Source of the DNA: Anaeramoeba ignava BMAN
Taxonomy: Eukaryota; Protista; Anaeramoebae
Direction: 5' to 3'
DNA: 64,000 nt
Assembly (NCBI GenBank): GCA_028826165.1
Contig: JAPDFW010000100.1
Span: forward strand, 173,905-237,904
The notes under the pieces are model-generated. The model had not been told where the DNA came from and made no database searches. It saw nothing but the letters and a program-made list of their open reading frames with translations. Below, in pieces: positions 1 to 11,662 of the stretch; positions within the stretch are counted from its first letter, which is position 1; every line of letters starts with the position of its first letter. Made by a program: the position numbers and the translations under genes.

Positions 1-441
1 TTTACAATTTAATTTCTTTGCTAATTCTTTTCCTTGTTTAATTGAAACTTCTCTTTTCATTGTTAAATCACTTTTATTTCCAATTAAAATTTTTGGATAA
101 TCTTTATCTTCAATATCAAGAATTCTTTTAATTCTTTCATTAAAATATTTAATATCTTCAAAACTTCTTTTATAAGTAATAGAATAAATCAAAACAAAAA
201 TATCTGTGTATTGCACATATCTTGGAAATGGATCATAATGTTCTTCTTGGGGTGCTGTATCAAGAATATAGAATAATATTTTCTTATTATTTAAATCATT
301 TTCTTTTTTATATTCATCTTCAATAGTTGGATCATAATCTTCAACAAAAATATCCTTTGAAAATCTTATTGCTATTGTTGATTTTCCAACTCCTCCACTT
401 CCAAATAATCCAACTTTTATTTTCATTTCTTTATTTTCCAT
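1..441 (-). CDS. Ras-family small GTPase, tandem copy 1 (3' end runs off window)
   Basis: Manual translation from ATG 441: GSGGVGKS P-loop, EDYDPTIED effector loop, DTAPQEE, LIGNKSD; near-identical to 1857-2426. Confidence 0.9.
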   Translation of the reverse strand, partial: MENKEMKIKVGLFGSGGVGKSTIAIRFSKDIFVEDYDPTIEDEYKKENDLNNKKILFYILDTAPQEEHYDPFPRYVQYTDIFVLIYSITYKRSFEDIKYFNERIKRILDIEDKDYPKILIGNKSDLTMKREVSIKQGKELAKKLNCK

Positions 442-537
442 TTTTATTATTTAAAAACAAAAAAATGAAAAAAAATGAAAAAAATGAAAAAAATGAAAAA
501 AATGAAAAAAAATGAAAAAAATGAAAATTTTTTTTTT

Positions 538-1186
538 GAATTAATAATAATTTGGAAATAAAATTAAATCAATTATTTAAAAAATGAGAAAATAAAGATT
601 ATTTGTTTAAAATTTAATTTTACTTTTTAAATTAATAATAATTTGGAAATAAAATTAAATCAATTATTTAAAAAATGAGAAAAATAAAGATTATTTGTTT
701 AAAATTTAATTTTACTTTTTCTTGAATTAATAATAATTTGGAAATAAAATTAAATCAATTATTTAAAAAATGAGAAAATAAAGATTATTTGTTTAAAATT
801 TGATTTTACTTTTTTTAAATTAATAATAATTTGGAAATAAAATTAAATCAATTATTTAAAAAATGAAAAATAAAGATTATTTGTTTAAAATTTAATTTTA
901 CTTTTCTTGAATTAATAATAATTTGGAAATAAATCAAATCAATTATTTAAAAAATGAGAAAATAAAGATTATTTGTTTAAAATTTAATTTTACTTTTCTT
1001 AAATTAATAATAATTTAGAAATAAATTAAATCAATTATTTAAAAAATGAGAAAATAAAGATTATTTGTTTAAAATTTGATTTTACTTTTTTTAAATTAAT
1101 AATAATTTGGAAATAAATCAAATCAATTATTTAAAAAATGAAAAAATAAAGATTATTTGTTTAAAATTTGATTTTACTTTTTTTAA
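538..1186. repeat. Tandem minisatellite, ~92-bp unit, ~7 copies
   Basis: Unit gaattaataataatttggaaataaaattaaatcaattatttaaaaaatgagaaaataaagattatttgtttaaaatttaattttactttt repeated head-to-tail. Confidence 0.95.
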
Positions 1187-1198
1187 AAAAATCAAAAT

Positions 1199-1797
1199 TC
1201 ACATTAATAAACATTTTCCTTTTTTCTTTTTCTTTTTCTTTTGATTTAGATTTTCTTCTTTTATTGTTTTCAATCTTTCAATTTCAAGAAGAATTGTTTC
1301 ATAAAATATTTGATTAATATTTTCTCCATTTTTAGCAGAAGTTTCAATATATTTACAATTTAATTCTTTTGCTAATTTTTTTCCTTCTTTAATTGAAATT
1401 TCTCTTTTCATTGTTAAATCACTATTATTTCCAATTAAAACTTTTGGATAATCTTTATCTTCAATATTAAGAATTCTTTTAATTCTTTCATCAAAATATT
1501 TAATATCTTCAAAGCTATGCTTATCAGTAATTGAATAAACTAAAACAAAAATATCTCTTCTTCTAATAGAACGTGAGAGTGTATCACCAAATTCTTCTTG
1601 ATGAGATATATCAAAAATATTTAATTTTATTTTCTTATCATTTAAATTAATTTTATTTCTTTTTCATATTCTTCTTCAATAGTTGGATCATATTCTTCAA
1701 TAAAAATATCTTGAATATATTTGATTACTATTCTTGATTTATAAGATCCATAACCTCCAACTATTCCAATTTTTATTTCCATTTCTTTATTTTCCAT
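1199..1797 (-). pseudogene. Degenerate Ras-like copy 2 (frameshift ~1650-1665; G1/G3/G4 altered)
   Basis: ATG 1797; P-loop reads GGYGSYKS, G3 DISHQE, G4 GNNSD; retains YDPTIEE, ETSAK and KKKGKCLLM. Frameshift lies in an A-rich run, so it may be a sequencing error. Confidence 0.7.
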
Positions 1798-1856
1798 TTT
1801 TATTATTTAAAAACAAATATTTAAAAAAAATGAAAAAAATGAAAAAATGAAAAAAA

Positions 1857-2426
1857 TCACATTAATAAACATTTTCCTTTTTTCTTTTTCTTTTGATTTT
1901 GATTTTTTAATTCAATTTCAAGAAGAATTGTTTCATAAAATATTTGATTAATATTTTCTCCAGTTTTAGCAGAAGTTTCAATAAATTTACAATTTAATTC
2001 TTTTGCTAATTCTTTTCCTTTTTCAATTGAAATTTCTCTTTTCATTGTTAAATCACTTTTATTTCCAATTAAAACTTTTGGATAATCTTTATCTTCAATA
2101 TCAAGAATGTATTTAATTTCTTTATCAAAATTTTTAATAACTTCAAAGCTATGCTTATCAGTAATAGAATAAATCAAAACAAAAATATTTGTTTGACGAA
2201 CATAATTTGGAAATGGATCATAACTGCTGTCTTGAGATGCTGTATCAAGAATATTGAATTTTATTTTCTTATTATTTAAATCATTTTTTTTTATATAAAT
2301 ATCATCAATAGTTGGATCATAATCTTCAATAAAAATATTCTTTAAAAATCTAGTTGTTATTGTTGATTTACCAACTCCTCCAACTCCAAATAATCCAATT
2401 TTTATTTCTATTTCTTTATTTTCCAT
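1857..2426 (-). CDS. Ras-family small GTPase, tandem copy 3
   Basis: GVGGVGKS, YDPTIDD, DTASQD, NKSD, ETSAK, polybasic tail plus CaaX CLLM. Confidence 0.95.
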   Translation of the reverse strand: MENKEIEIKIGLFGVGGVGKSTITTRFLKNIFIEDYDPTIDDIYIKKNDLNNKKIKFNILDTASQDSSYDPFPNYVRQTNIFVLIYSITDKHSFEVIKNFDKEIKYILDIEDKDYPKVLIGNKSDLTMKREISIEKGKELAKELNCKFIETSAKTGENINQIFYETILLEIELKNQNQKKKKKGKCLLM

Positions 2427-2500
2427 TTTTATTATTTAAAAACAAAAAAATGAAAAAAATGAAAAAAATGAAAAAAAATGAAAAAAATGAAAATTTTTTT

Positions 2501-3512
2501 GAATTAATAATAATTTGGAAATAAAATCAAATCAATTATTTAAAAAATGAAAAAATAAAGATTATTTGTTTAAAATTTTATTTTACTTTTCTTAAATTAA
2601 TAATAATTTGGAAATAAATCAAATCAATTATTTAAAAAATGAAAAAATAAAGATTATTTGTTTAAAATTTTATTTTACTTTTCTTGAATTAATAATAATT
2701 TGGAAATAAATTAAATCAATTATTTAAAAAATGAAAAAAAGATTATTTGTTTAAAATTTAATTTTAATTTTTTTGAATTAATAATAATTTAGAAATAAAT
2801 TAAATCAATTATTTAAAAAATGAGAAAATAAAGATTATTTGTTTAAAATTTTATTTTAATTTTTTTGAATTAATAATAATTTGGAAATAAAATCAAATCA
2901 ATTATTTAAAAAATGAGAAAATAAAGATTATTTGTTTAAAATTTTATTTTACTTTTCTTGAATTAATAATAATTTGGAAATAAAATTAAATCAATTATTT
3001 AAAAAATGAGAAAATAAAGATTATTTGTTTAAAATTTTATTTTACTTTTCTTGAATTAATAATAATTTAGAAATAAATTAAATCAATTATTTAAAAAATG
3101 AGAAAATAAAGATTATTTGTTTAAAATTTTATTTTAATTTTTTTGAATTAATAATAATTTGGAAATAAAATCAAATCAATTATTTAAAAAATGAGAAAAT
3201 AAAAATTATTTGTTTAAAATTTAATTTTAATTTTTTTGAATTAATAATAATTTGGAAATAAAATCAAATCAATTATTTAAAAAATGAGAAAATAAGGATT
3301 ATTTGTTTAAAATTTAATTTTAATTTTTTTGAATTAATAATAATTTAGAAATAAATTAAATCAATTATTTAAAAAATGAAAAATAAAGATTATTTGTTTA
3401 AAATTTTATTTTACTTTTCTTGAATTAATAATAATTTGGAAATAAAATAAATCAATTATTTAAAAAATGAAAAATAAAGATTATTTGTTTAAAATTTTAT
3501 TTTACTTTTTTT
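2501..3512. repeat. Tandem minisatellite, same ~92-bp unit, ~11 copies
   Basis: Same unit as 538-1186; period visible as 2501 to 2594. Confidence 0.95.
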
Positions 3513-3526
3513 AAAAAAATCAAAAT

Positions 3527-4123
3527 TCACATTAATAAACATTTTCCTTTTTTCTTTTTCTTTTGATTTTGATTATTTTGATTTTCTTTTTGATTTTCTA
3601 TTGTTTTCAATCTTTCAATTTCAAGAAGAATTGTTTCATAAAATATTTGATTAATATTTTCTCCAGTTTTAGCAGAAGTTTCAATAAATTTACAATTTAA
3701 TTCTTTTGCTAATTTTTTTCCTTTTTCAATTGAAACTTCTCTTTTTGTAAATAAATCACTTTTATTTCCAATTAAAACTTTTGGATAATTTTCACAATCA
3801 AAAAATCTCTGAATTTTGTCATGAAAAAATTGAACTTCTTTCAAACTAAGTTTTCTAGTAATTGAATAAACTAAAACAAAAATATTTGATTCTTTGATCC
3901 AATTTTCAATAATTAGAGAATATTCTTCATTTCCTGCAGTATCAATAATTGAAAAATTAATTTGTTCATCATTTAAAGTTATTCTTTTTCGAAAAAAATC
4001 TTCAATAGTTGGATCATATTCTGGAAGAAATCTTTCATCAATAAATTTTGTTACTATTGATGATTTTCCAACTCCTCCAGCTCCAAAAATACACACTTTC
4101 ACTTTTAATTCTTTATCATCCAT
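3527..4123 (-). CDS. Ras-family small GTPase, tandem copy 4
   Basis: GAGGVGKS, YDPTIED, DTAGNEE, NKSD, ETSAK, CLLM. Confidence 0.95.
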   Translation of the reverse strand: MDDKELKVKVCIFGAGGVGKSSIVTKFIDERFLPEYDPTIEDFFRKRITLNDEQINFSIIDTAGNEEYSLIIENWIKESNIFVLVYSITRKLSLKEVQFFHDKIQRFFDCENYPKVLIGNKSDLFTKREVSIEKGKKLAKELNCKFIETSAKTGENINQIFYETILLEIERLKTIENQKENQNNQNQKKKKKGKCLLM

Positions 4124-4217
4124 TTTGATATTTTGATATTTTTTAAAAAGGAGAATAAAAAAATGAAAATGATTTTTTTTTTGAAAAATTTTTTATTTTA
4201 GAAATTTGAAAAGAATT

Positions 4218-4871
4218 TCACATTAATAAACATTTTCCTTTCTTCTTTTGATTTTGATTATTTTGATTTTGATTTTGATTTTGATTATTTTGATTTTGAT
4301 TATTTTGATTTTGATTATTTTGATTTTGATTATTTTGATTTTGATTTTGATTCTTTTTTAATTCTTCAAATTCAAGAAGTAAAGATTCATAAAATATTTG
4401 ATTAATATTTTCTCCAGTTTTAGCAGAAGTTTCAATATATTTACAATTTAATTCTCTTGCTAATTCTTTTCCTTCTTTACATGTGATTTGCCTTTTTGTA
4501 AATAAATCACTTTTATTTCCAATTAAAATTTTTGGATACTTTTTTTCTTCTTTTGAATAATCAGTAATTTTTTGATAAATAATTTTGATTTGATTAAAAC
4601 TCAATCTATCAGTAATAGAATAAACCAAAATAATTCTATCACAATATTCAATAGAGTTATTAAATATAAATTCAGAATCATCACTTGTTGTATCAAGAAT
4701 ATAAATATAAATTGATTCATCATCTAAATCAAATTTTCTTCTAAATCTATTTCCCATTCCCATTTCTATTTCTTCAACAAATTCATTCATTAAAAATCTC
4801 ATTATCATTGATGATTTTCCAACACCTTTGAATCCAAACAAACCAATTCTTATTTCTAAATCATTATCCAT
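4218..4871 (-). CDS. Divergent Ras-family small GTPase, tandem copy 5
   Basis: GFKGVGKS, NKSD, ETSAK, CLLM; effector loop (EEIEMGMG) and G3 (DTTSDD) divergent; (NQ)n hypervariable tail. Confidence 0.9.
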   Translation of the reverse strand: MDNDLEIRIGLFGFKGVGKSSMIMRFLMNEFVEEIEMGMGNRFRRKFDLDDESIYIYILDTTSDDSEFIFNNSIEYCDRIILVYSITDRLSFNQIKIIYQKITDYSKEEKKYPKILIGNKSDLFTKRQITCKEGKELARELNCKYIETSAKTGENINQIFYESLLLEFEELKKNQNQNQNNQNQNNQNQNNQNQNNQNQNQNQNNQNQKKKGKCLLM

Positions 4872-5042
4872 TTTTTTAATTATTAAATAAAAATAAAAAT
4901 GAAAATGAAAATGAAAATGAAAATGAAAATATTTTTACTTTTTTTTTAGTTTAATTTTTGTTCTCAAAGTAAGAAAAAAAAAACAGAAAGAAAAGAAATT
5001 TTTTTTTTTTTGAGGAAAAATAAATGTTGATCTCCTTTTAAA

Positions 5043-8000
5043 TCATTTTCTTTCTGAAAAATAATTTGTTTTTGTCATTTCTGAAAATTCAATTTTTGGA
5101 GGGAAAATATTAAGAAATCCATTGCATTTTGAAATTTCATTTTGAGTTTGAATATCATAATGTTTGAATTTAATTTCTTTAGATTGACAACCAATAATTG
5201 AAATTTGAGGGAATCTAACAACACCCGATTTTAAAGGAACAATTTTCCAGAATAAAGTATGTGATAGTTTCCTTTGGAATGTAAAGAAATATTTAGTTTT
5301 TCCAGCAATTAACCATTCAGAAAAATCAGCATTTAATTCCAAACAAAATTTTTTATCGATAGAATTTTGATTATTTGTTGAAAGAATAACTTTGATTGAG
5401 AAATCCTCTCCAAAATTAAAGGAAACAGGTCGATATATTGAGCAAATTACTTTTCTGGGTGTTTTTGATTGAAATAAATTGAGTGGATATGAAAAAAACT
5501 CCAAAATATCTGGTGGTGAATTTTCTTGTTTTGCAACTTGTTCCAATTGAGCTTTTTTAAAGTAAATGTAGAATTGAGATAATCCTTTCAAGGTTTTTGG
5601 TTTGTCTTCAAGATTCTTTTCAGAATTTGAGTCTAAAATTTCGGATTCGAAAACTTGATTATCGAATCCGAATAATTTTTTTGTGATCATTTTACTCTTT
5701 GGAATATTTTGATCTGAAATAAATCGTTTGGCAACTTTTTTGGAATTTGGAGTGCCATCCAAATTTTCTAAATTTTGGTATGTTTGTGGTTCTTGATCTT
5801 GTTGTGATTTATCGAAGTTTATTCTTTTCTGGTGATTTATAGTTTCTTCTCCACTTTTTTCTGAAAAAGACATATCTTTTGTTAAATCAATAATGCACCA
5901 ATTTTCATTAGAAGTATTTGATGATCTGTTTGAAATGCTTTGATTATTTTCTGAAGTTTTGATTATTTTCTGAGTTTTGATTATTTTCTGAGTTTTGATT
6001 ATTTTCTGAGTTTTGATTTAAACTGATAGAATTAAATACTGGTTCTGTTTTTTCATTTTCATTTTCATTTTCATTTATTTCATTTTCATTTTCATTTTCA
6101 ATTACATTTATTTTTGTTTTTTCTTTATCTAAATCACTTTCTGTTTCGCTTTCAATATCACTTTCTGTTTCACTTTCAATATCACTTTCTGTTTGACTTT
6201 TAGTTACACTTTCACTTATACTTTCACTTTCAGTTTCATGTATTAAATCTATTTCTTGTTCTTGAAAATTAAAAAATAGTGAATTTTCTTCATTTTGTGA
6301 ATTGAGGTTTGATTTTTCTTGATCTTGCAATTCTGATAAATTCAATTTCTCACGTTTTTCTTTCAGTTTGTAAACAAAAGAAATTTGTTGAGATGGTGCA
6401 ATAACTGTTCCAATATTCAGAGCTTCTTTTGGCAAAGGAACACTTTCGTAAACAATTTTCTCATCATTTTGAATGATATCACTAATCATGATATTTTGAT
6501 CCACAATTTCAATAGGAAATGAAACTTTTGATTCTAAAACAATTTGAACAAATTTGAAAAAATCCTTATCAATTTGTATATTTTTGACATTGGTCGAGAT
6601 ATCAAAGGGAACTTTTGTGTTGAGATTGTATTGATTCTGGAAGATTGTATGAAGATCTTTTGGTTCTTGTTTGGTGTAGTCGAATTTGATTTGGATGTTG
6701 TTTGATAATTCATGTTTTTCTTTTGGATTATCAAAATTGATGCCATTTTTAATTGGAATTGGAATTGGAATTGGAACAATAGGAAGAAAAAAAATAACTT
6801 CTTGATTCTTGGGAATATCTTTCATTTCAATTTTTGCTTCGTTATAAAATGGACTTTGTTTGGAAACTTTTATGCAAGTTAGAGGAATATTAATGGATGT
6901 GAATTTTTGTTCTTGATCTTTGATATAAATTGTGATTTGGTCTTTTTCTTGAAGAGAATCTGTTTTATTTCGAGAAATAGTTGAAAGTAAATGTTTGATA
7001 TCGTGTGCTGAATAAATGGAAGCATTTGAAGATTCAATTTGTAAGTTTTGTTTTGGAAGAATTTGTATATTTGACGAAAAAATTTTGAGTGTTCCTGAAT
7101 TAATTGAATCGTTTTGAGTTTTTATATTTGCTTGGATCACGCATGGTTTATTTGGTGAGAAAGACTCTGGTTGAAACAATTGGAAATCAAGGAATGAATT
7201 TTTTGGAGAAACTCGACAAAATGTATGATGTTGTTTTTGGTATTTTTTAACAACTCGAAGATTTCCCAAATAAAGTTTCAATTTCGAAAGGATAAATCTT
7301 CCTATTATATTTGAAATTTGAGAAAATTTCATTGAATTAGTTCCTGGTTGAAGAATAATCGTTGGTTTTTTGTCTTTGTCTTTTTTCTCGTTATTTTTGT
7401 CTTTTTCTTGAATTATTTCTTGAATTATTTCTTTTCCAATTTCAAATTTATATTCTCTTTTTTTGGGACTTGATTTTTCTTTCTTTGTGTTTTTGGAAGT
7501 AAGAATTAAGACTATTCTTTCACAAGAAAAAGGAACTCCAATTAAATTTGTAATTTCGCAATCAATATCAATAGGAAATCCTATTGGAACACTTTCTTGA
7601 TTATGTGATTTTTTCAGTTCAATTTTGAATAAAGAATTTGTTGAATGAGTAAAAATACGTGCACAATTTTTAATTTTATTTTGTATATCAAGAATTATCA
7701 AGTTTTTCTCGTATTCTGGGTATTCAAAATTAGGAGAAAGACTAACAAGACGTGTGATGATATATTTGTCCCAACTATTCATTTTTGAATAACAAAGCAA
7801 TAATTTTGGAATTAAATCTTTTGCAAGTGAAAACCAATTTTCTTCCATAAAATTTTGGAGTAATAATCGTAAAATTTCTTCTGCTTGAACAAATTTTTCA
7901 TTAATTCTAAAAAGTAATAAATTGAATTAATTAAATTAAATTAATTGAATTAATTAAATAAAATAAAAATTAAATTAAATAAATTAAATTAAATAAATTA

Positions 8001-11000
8001 AATTAAATAAATAAATTAAATAAAATTAAATTAAATAAAAGGTAAATAAAATGTAAATAAAATGTAAATAAAAAGGTAAATAAATAAAATGTAAATAAAA
8101 TAAATTAAAATAAATAAATAAAAAGGTAAATAAAAGGTAAATAAAATTAAATAAAATGTAAATAAAATGTAAATTAAAATAAATAAAAAGGTAAATAAAA
8201 GGTAAATAAAAGGTAAATAAAATGTAAATAAAATAAAGGTAAATAAAAGGTAAATAAAATAAAGGTAAATAAAAGGTAAATAAAAGGTAAATAAAAGGTA
8301 AATAAAAATGTAAAATAAAATGTAAATAAAAAGGTAAATAAAAGGTAAATAAAAGGTAAATAAAAGGTAAATAAAAAGGTAAAAAAAATGTAAATAAAAA
8401 GGTAAATAAAAGGTAAATAAAATGTAAATAAAAGGTAAATAAAATGTAAATAAAATGTAAATAAAAGGTAAATAAAATGTAAATAAAAGGTAAATAAAAG
8501 GTAAATAAAAGGTAAATAAAAGGTAAATAAAATGTAAATAAAATGTAAATAAAAGGTAAATAAAAGGTAAATAAAAGGTAAATAAAATGTAAATAAAAGG
8601 TAAATAAAATGTAAATAAAAGGTAAATAAAAGGTAAATAAAAAGGTAAATAAAATGTAAATTAAAGTAAATAAAAGGTAAATAAAAGGTAAATAAAAGGT
8701 AAATAAAATGTAAATAAAAAGGTAAATAAAAGGTAAATAAAAGTAAATAAAGATAAATTAAAAAGTAAATAAAAAGGTAAATAAAATTAAAGTAAATAAA
8801 AGGTAAATAAAAAGGTAAATAAAAGGTAAAATAAAAGGTAAATAAAATGTAAAATAAATATAAATATAAATTAAATTAAATTAAAGTAAATAAAAGGTAA
8901 ATAAAATGTAAATAAAAGGTAAATAAAAGGTAAATAAAAGGTAAATAAAATGTAAATAAAAATTAAAAAATAAAAAGGTAAATAAAAGGTAAATAAAATG
9001 TAAATAAAATGTAAATAAAAGGTAAATAAAATGTAAATAAAATGTAAATAAAATGTAAATAAAAGGTAAATAAAATGTAAATAAAAGGTAAATAAAAGGT
9101 AAATAAAAGGTAAATAAAAGGTAAATAAAAGGTAAATAAAAGGTAAAATAAAATGTAAATAAAAGGTAAATAAAATGTAAATTAAATGTAAATAAAAGGT
9201 AAATAAAAGGTAAATAAAAAGTAAAAAAATAAATATAAATATAAATTAAATTAAATTAAATAAAATGTACATATATGCATTTGCTAGATCAATTTCAAGT
9301 TTTTGAGCAGAATGTGTTCTAAGTTTATTTGATTGACTATACTTATTAATTGTTGATTGAGTAAGAGATATATAAAAGAGCCAAAATTCATTATCATTTT
9401 GGAAAGCTTGTTGAATCTTAATATTTTCTGCAAAAAATTTATTAAAAATAGAATTTGTAATAGGATCTGCTGATTGTATTGATTTAGGGATTTGTTTTTC
9501 AAGAACAAAAATAGAAAGCTTCCGAGCAAGTTCAACTTTTCCAACCAAATGTTTAAGAGAGAAAATTAAATCACGAACAAAAATATCGAGCTGACCTTGC
9601 ATAGCAAATAGTTGTTTGGCTTCATTTTCAGGAAGTAAAGCAAGAGGATTTTCAAGAGTGCATGCACTTATGATATCAAACGAAGATGAAATTGCCCAAA
9701 TTGTACTGAAAATGGGAGTGAAATTTGTGTTTAGAAGAAGTTCTCTCTTCATGGATTGAATAAAAATTAAACCGTGTTTTGCAAGATCTTTTAATAAGCG
9801 TTTTTTGAGGAAAAGTTTTGATTTTCTTATCATAATGTATAAACGACAATCAAATTCTGTGATTTTCTTTGATAGAAGAAGATCTCGATAAGGTTTTGCA
9901 TTTTCTGATAAAATATTTATTCCCCAATAAGGTGAATTTTCTGATACAAATTCTTGAAATAATTGACCTTTGTTTTTCTTTATTATTGCTTGATTTTCTT
10001 TTATTAAATTATTTGTATTGTTTGTTTTGTTTTTATAAAAATTAATTGTTTCTTTGAGTAAAATTTCTAGTTTATCATATTGTTTAACAGCTTTTTCGAT
10101 GAGATCAAATTGTTCGAATAAAAATGCTTTTTGTTCCTTTTTTTAAATTTAAATTTATTTATAAAATTCATTTATAAATTTAAAATTTATTTAAAATTTC
10201 ATTTATAAAATTCATTTATAAAATTAAAATTAAAATTATAATTAAATTTAAATTTGAAATTAAAAATATATTTTTTACTTTTGCTACAAAAATATCAAAA
10301 AAATCTGCTTCTTTTTTATCTTCCATTTCAAGAATCTTCATTGAAATATTTTCCTTTCTTTGACCAAAAGCATTACAAATATTAGATTGAAATTTAGAAA
10401 GAAAATCAGCCCAACTAGGATCTTCAGCAGAAAAATCACCACCTTCTTGAAATTGAACAACTCTAACATGAGAACATCTATTTTTAACAGTAACTTCTTT
10501 TTGGAGTAAATCGTATATTTTTTTTTGTCTGCGTGAAGCAAACATTTTATTGCCGCTATAATAAGTAACAGTTGCAAATAAAATGAGCCAATCGACTCTA
10601 AGTGAATTCTTGTTTTCCCACCATATTTTAAGTTGTGGTTTAATTGATTTCTTAAATAAATTTGTTTCGTCGCATTTGAATACATAAAGATATAAAAATG
10701 GTTCTTGTTCTTGTTTTTTGCTTGTGTTTCTTGTTGATATTATGTTACGATCAGTTATAAATTGTGGGTTAATTGTCATTGATTCATAAATTTTATCTCT
10801 TCTTCTTGAATTAATATTTGTAAGTGGAAAATGTTTTTGAAGTGATATTGAAACATCTTTCCAAACATCTGAAACGTCTTCAACTAATTAATATTAAATT
10901 AAATATTAAAATAAATATTATATTAAATATTAAAATAAATATTAAAATAAATATTATATTAAATATTAAATTAAATATTAAATTAAATATTAAATTAAAT

Positions 11001-11525
11001 ATTAAATTAAATATTATATTAAATATTATATTAAATATTAAATTAAATATTATATTAAATATTATATTAAATATTATATTAAATATTAAATTAAATATTA
11101 AATTAAATATTATATTAAATATTAAATTAAATATTAAAATAAATATTAAATTAAATATTAAAATAAATATTATATTAAATATTAAAATAAATATTAAATT
11201 AAATATTATATTAAATATTAAATATTATATTAAATATTATAAATTAAATATTTAAATTAAATATTATATTAAATGTCAAATAAATATTATATTAAATATT
11301 ATATTTAATATTAAATATTATATTAAATATTATATTAAATATTATATTAAATATTATATTAAATATTAAATTAAATATTATATTAAATATTAAATTAAAT
11401 ATTAAATTAAATATTAAATTAAATATTAAAATAAATATTATAATAAATATTATATTAAATATTATATATTATATTAAATATTATTTGTTATTTTTAAACA
11501 AACCAAATATAATTGGATTTTGCAT
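5043..11525 (-). CDS. TRAPPC10: TRAPP II subunit TRAPPC10/Trs130 homologue, 4 exons
   Basis: Spliced model MQNPIIF|VEDVSDVWKDV...HFPLTNI...PFLYLYVFKCDE...KPQLKIW; C-terminal WLIAGK...IVPLKSGVVRFPQI. ORFs 10216-10779, 9246-9833, 5944-7848 and 5043-5873 are parts of it. A 1-nt insertion at ~5954 in an (NQNSEN)n repeat splits the last exon. Confidence 0.85.
7920..9260. repeat. Intronic satellite (aaataaaaggt/aaataaaatgt, ~11-bp unit) in TRAPPC10
   Basis: Direct inspection; lies between GT (~9269) and AG (~7907) on the minus strand. Confidence 0.9.
10890..11480. repeat. Intronic satellite (attaaatattaa/attaaatattat, 12-bp unit) in TRAPPC10 intron 1
   Basis: Direct inspection; source of spurious ORF 10824-11255. 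Confidence 0.9.
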
Positions 11526-11662
11526 TAAATTTATTTTATTTTTAATTAATTAATTAATTAGAAAAAAATGAAAAAATGAAAAATGAAAAAATGAAAAAAA
11601 TATTTTTTTTTTTAAATTTTTTTTAAATTTTTTTTTTCATTTTTTTCCTTTATTCTTTTTAA
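11526..11662. promoter_or_regulatory. Compact bidirectional promoter (TRAPPC10/Miro) with outward-facing TCATTTT initiator-like elements
   Basis: 137 bp between divergent ATGs; (aaaaatg)n on the left and tttcattttt on the right. Confidence 0.55.

Noticed and set aside
538-3512. Regularly spaced repeats as a CRISPR array (also 58890-59550)
   Set aside because: Units are contiguous with no unique spacers, no cas genes are present, and the context is eukaryotic.
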